From positions 1-63,112 of the forward strand of contig NIVC01004043.1 in the NCBI GenBank assembly GCA_002269645.1: a stretch of DNA of 63,112 bases, read 5' to 3'. The notes beneath the pieces were generated by a model. It worked only from the letters and a program-made list of their open reading frames with translations. It was not told the DNA's origin and did no database searches. Of the stretch, positions 60,640-63,112 are shown one piece after another (within the stretch, counting starts at the first letter, position 1; every line of letters begins with the position of its first letter). The translations under genes and the position numbers were made by a program. The stretch is from Macrostomum lignano (taxonomy: Eukaryota).

Positions 60640-63112
60640 GCGTCTTCAAGGGTTTCTCTTTGTGGAACAGCAATTTCTTCTGCTGCTCCAGTCCGTTGAG
60701 TCAAAAACGATTTTTTCCAACGTAGTAGCTTTCCTTGTTCATCGCGAACTTTATAAGAATGGTCATTCACTCTCATGTGCACTTCTGCTGGCTGCCATCG
60801 TCGTGTTGATTCTTGCATCCAAACCTTTTCTCCACAACCAAATTCTCTCCTCTCCTTAGATCCACGGTTGTAATATTCTTCGGCCTTGTTCTGCTGGTCC
60901 TTTAGCTTCTGCAGTACTTTCCTGGACATGACCTGTCTAGGAATTAGATCTGCTTTTGGATCGGCAAATCATAGCGCAGTTTGTGTCCAAAGACTAGCTC
61001 AGCGGGTGATGGCATTCCATGCTCGATAGGAGTGTTCTTGTAATGCAGCAGTGCCATGTGCTTGCCTTCATTGCTCTTCAGAACTGCCTTTAAAATATTC
61101 TTGATCGTCTGAACGCCTCTTTCCGCTAATCCGTTGGACTGGCTGTACTTCGGCGATGATGTAGCATGCTTGAAGCCGTACTCTTTCGCGAAACAACCAA
61201 ATTCTCTTCCCGAGAATGGAGGTCCATTGTCAGATCTTAAAATCTTGCAAACTCCATAGGTCTGGAAATACTTCTTTAGTTGGGGAATCACGGAGGCAGC
61301 TGAAGTATTGTTGATCCTAGTGTATTCGATCATCCGACTGTATTTATCAACATATATCAGGAAATTCTTCCCGTCAATATGGAAAATATCTATGCCACAT
61401 TCCTGAAATGGGTAGTCCGGTAGGCACTGAGCCACCATCGGTTCCTTCTGTGGCTTTCTTTGGCTTTCCTGGCAGGCAATGCACGCTGAAGTCATTTCTT
61501 GAATATCACATCTAATTCCAGGCCAGTAGACGCTCTCTGACGCCTTTAAGCTTGCCTTCACAATTCCAGGGTGTCCAGTATGCAGCTTCTGTAGCACTTC
61601 CATTCTCATTGAGTTTGGAACGACTATTCGGTTCTTCATCCAGATCAGATTGCCATGCGCAGTCAGATCATGTCTGACGTTCCAGAAGCAACGAAGCTCA
61701 GTCACAAGCTGGCTTCTGTGGTGAGGCCAACCAACACCGATGATCTCAGCGAGTTGTTGCAGTGTTGAGTCCTTTGCCGTTTCATTTTCCAGTTTCTGCA
61801 TCAGTTCTGGGAATCCAACCGACATTCTAACACCGAGCACATGACCTTCAATGTCATCTTCGAGTTGTTTAGAGGCATGTACGTTCTTTAAGAAAGCGCG
61901 GCTTAGAGTGTCTGGAATGTGCAAGTCTTACCGGGAACATATATAATGTGCAGGTTGTACTTCTGAACTAGTAGCATCAGTCTCTGCAATCTTGCTGTAA
62001 GAGTTGAAATTGGCTTCCGGAAGATGTTCTCTAGTGGCTTGTGGTCGCTCTCGACCGTTACCTTGTGTCCCCAGACGTACTGGTGGAATCGCTTGCAGCC
62101 AAACACAATAGCCAAAAGTTCCTTTTCGATCTGAGCATACTTCCGTTGGGATGGCGTCAGTGATGACAAAGCGTATTCCAGCGGGTGTCCATCTTGCAGG
62201 ATAGTTGCTCCGAGACTGTGTTGACTAGCATCGACTGACAGAGTAAGTGGTGCATTCGGGTTATAGCGAGCTAAGACTGGTGCGTCGCAAAGACTCTGCA
62301 AAATTGATTCGTACGCTTTTTTGTGTTCATTTGTCCAGTTCCACTGAGCATTCTTCGTCAGCAATGTGCATAGCGGTGCTGCCTTAGATGACAGATCCAA
62401 AATGAATTTGGACAAAAAATTTGCACATCCTAGAAATCGCATAAGTTGCTGCTTTCTCAAATTGCCGGATAGAGTATCTGGTCGGGGCATATCGCGCATT
62501 GCTTTTACTTTGTCTGGGTCGACTTTAATTCCAGTGTGCGAAAGTATGTTGCCGAGGAATTTCAACTCCTTCAATCCGACTTTCCGATTTTTATAATTCA
62601 GGCGCAAATTCTTTGCATGGCACATTTCCATAAGCTGCCCTCACAGCTTCATTGTGTTCTTCAACAGTCTTGCCCCAAACAATGAAGTCGTCAATAAAAT
62701 TGTTGCAGTTTCTGATCTTGTCGAGATCTCCTCCCGAACTCGCTTCTGGTAGACTTCCGATGCGGAACAAATTCCATAGAGCATTCTCAGCCAACGATAT
62801 CGTCCAAAAGGTGTGTGAAAGCACGTCATCAACAAACTTTCATAATCCAATGCAATCTGGTGAAAACTCGCAGTCGCATCAAAAGTTGAGAACAGAGCAG
62901 CGTTTCCAATTTCTGCAATAATTTCGTCATAAGACGGTATCTGATACTGCTCTCTCATTATGTTGGCATTCAGATGCTGAGAGTCTAGGCAAAGACGTAT
63001 AGTCTTGTCTGCCTTCTAGACGACGACCACATTTGAAACATACTTCGTGGGCTCATCACACTTGGTGATGAGTCCATCCGAAACCAGGTGATCTAATTCA
63101 GCCTTCAAAGGT
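60640..63112 (-). mobile_element. Inverted second copy of the Mag-like gypsy pol (RT-RH-IN), cut by the window edge
   Basis: Same sequence, same TAG (near 63017) and same 3' truncation; four extra 1-bp indels near 60958, 61928, 62639 and 62722. Confidence 0.95.

Larger units (their letters stand above)
51858..63112 (-). repeat. Right arm of the inverted duplication (runs to the window edge)
   Basis: Begins GACTCGGGAAACG at 51858; the last base corresponds to 36261. Confidence 0.97.

Overview
Eukaryotic (metazoan) genomic DNA. GC-rich exons, introns packed with minisatellites and a divergent rhodopsin-like GPCR suggest a free-living flatworm such as Macrostomum; the species call is inference only. 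The left half (1-34.5 kb) holds three spliced genes among about 20 distinct 19-43 bp minisatellite arrays: a frameshifted class A GPCR (+), cactin (-) and a two-TM NTPDase/CD39-family gene (-). The NTPDase's first recognisable exon has no start codon and splices in phase to an upstream ubiquitin-like exon, giving a predicted 616-aa Ubl-TM-apyrase-TM protein. That fusion is the most notable coding observation. The right half holds a 3'-truncated Mag-type Ty3/gypsy element (5' LTR, PBS, gag-pol with one amber stop) and an inverted duplication of at least 11 kb (36261-47201 vs 51858-window end). The 4.66-kb spacer is made of a 168-bp satellite and fused retroelement fragments. Each arm carries a nested 4.2-4.5 kb element with a 9-bp TSD and a hAT-type MITE. 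A second 299-bp MITE is present in only one arm. All splice models and arm comparisons were done by eye and need RNA-seq or alignment confirmation.
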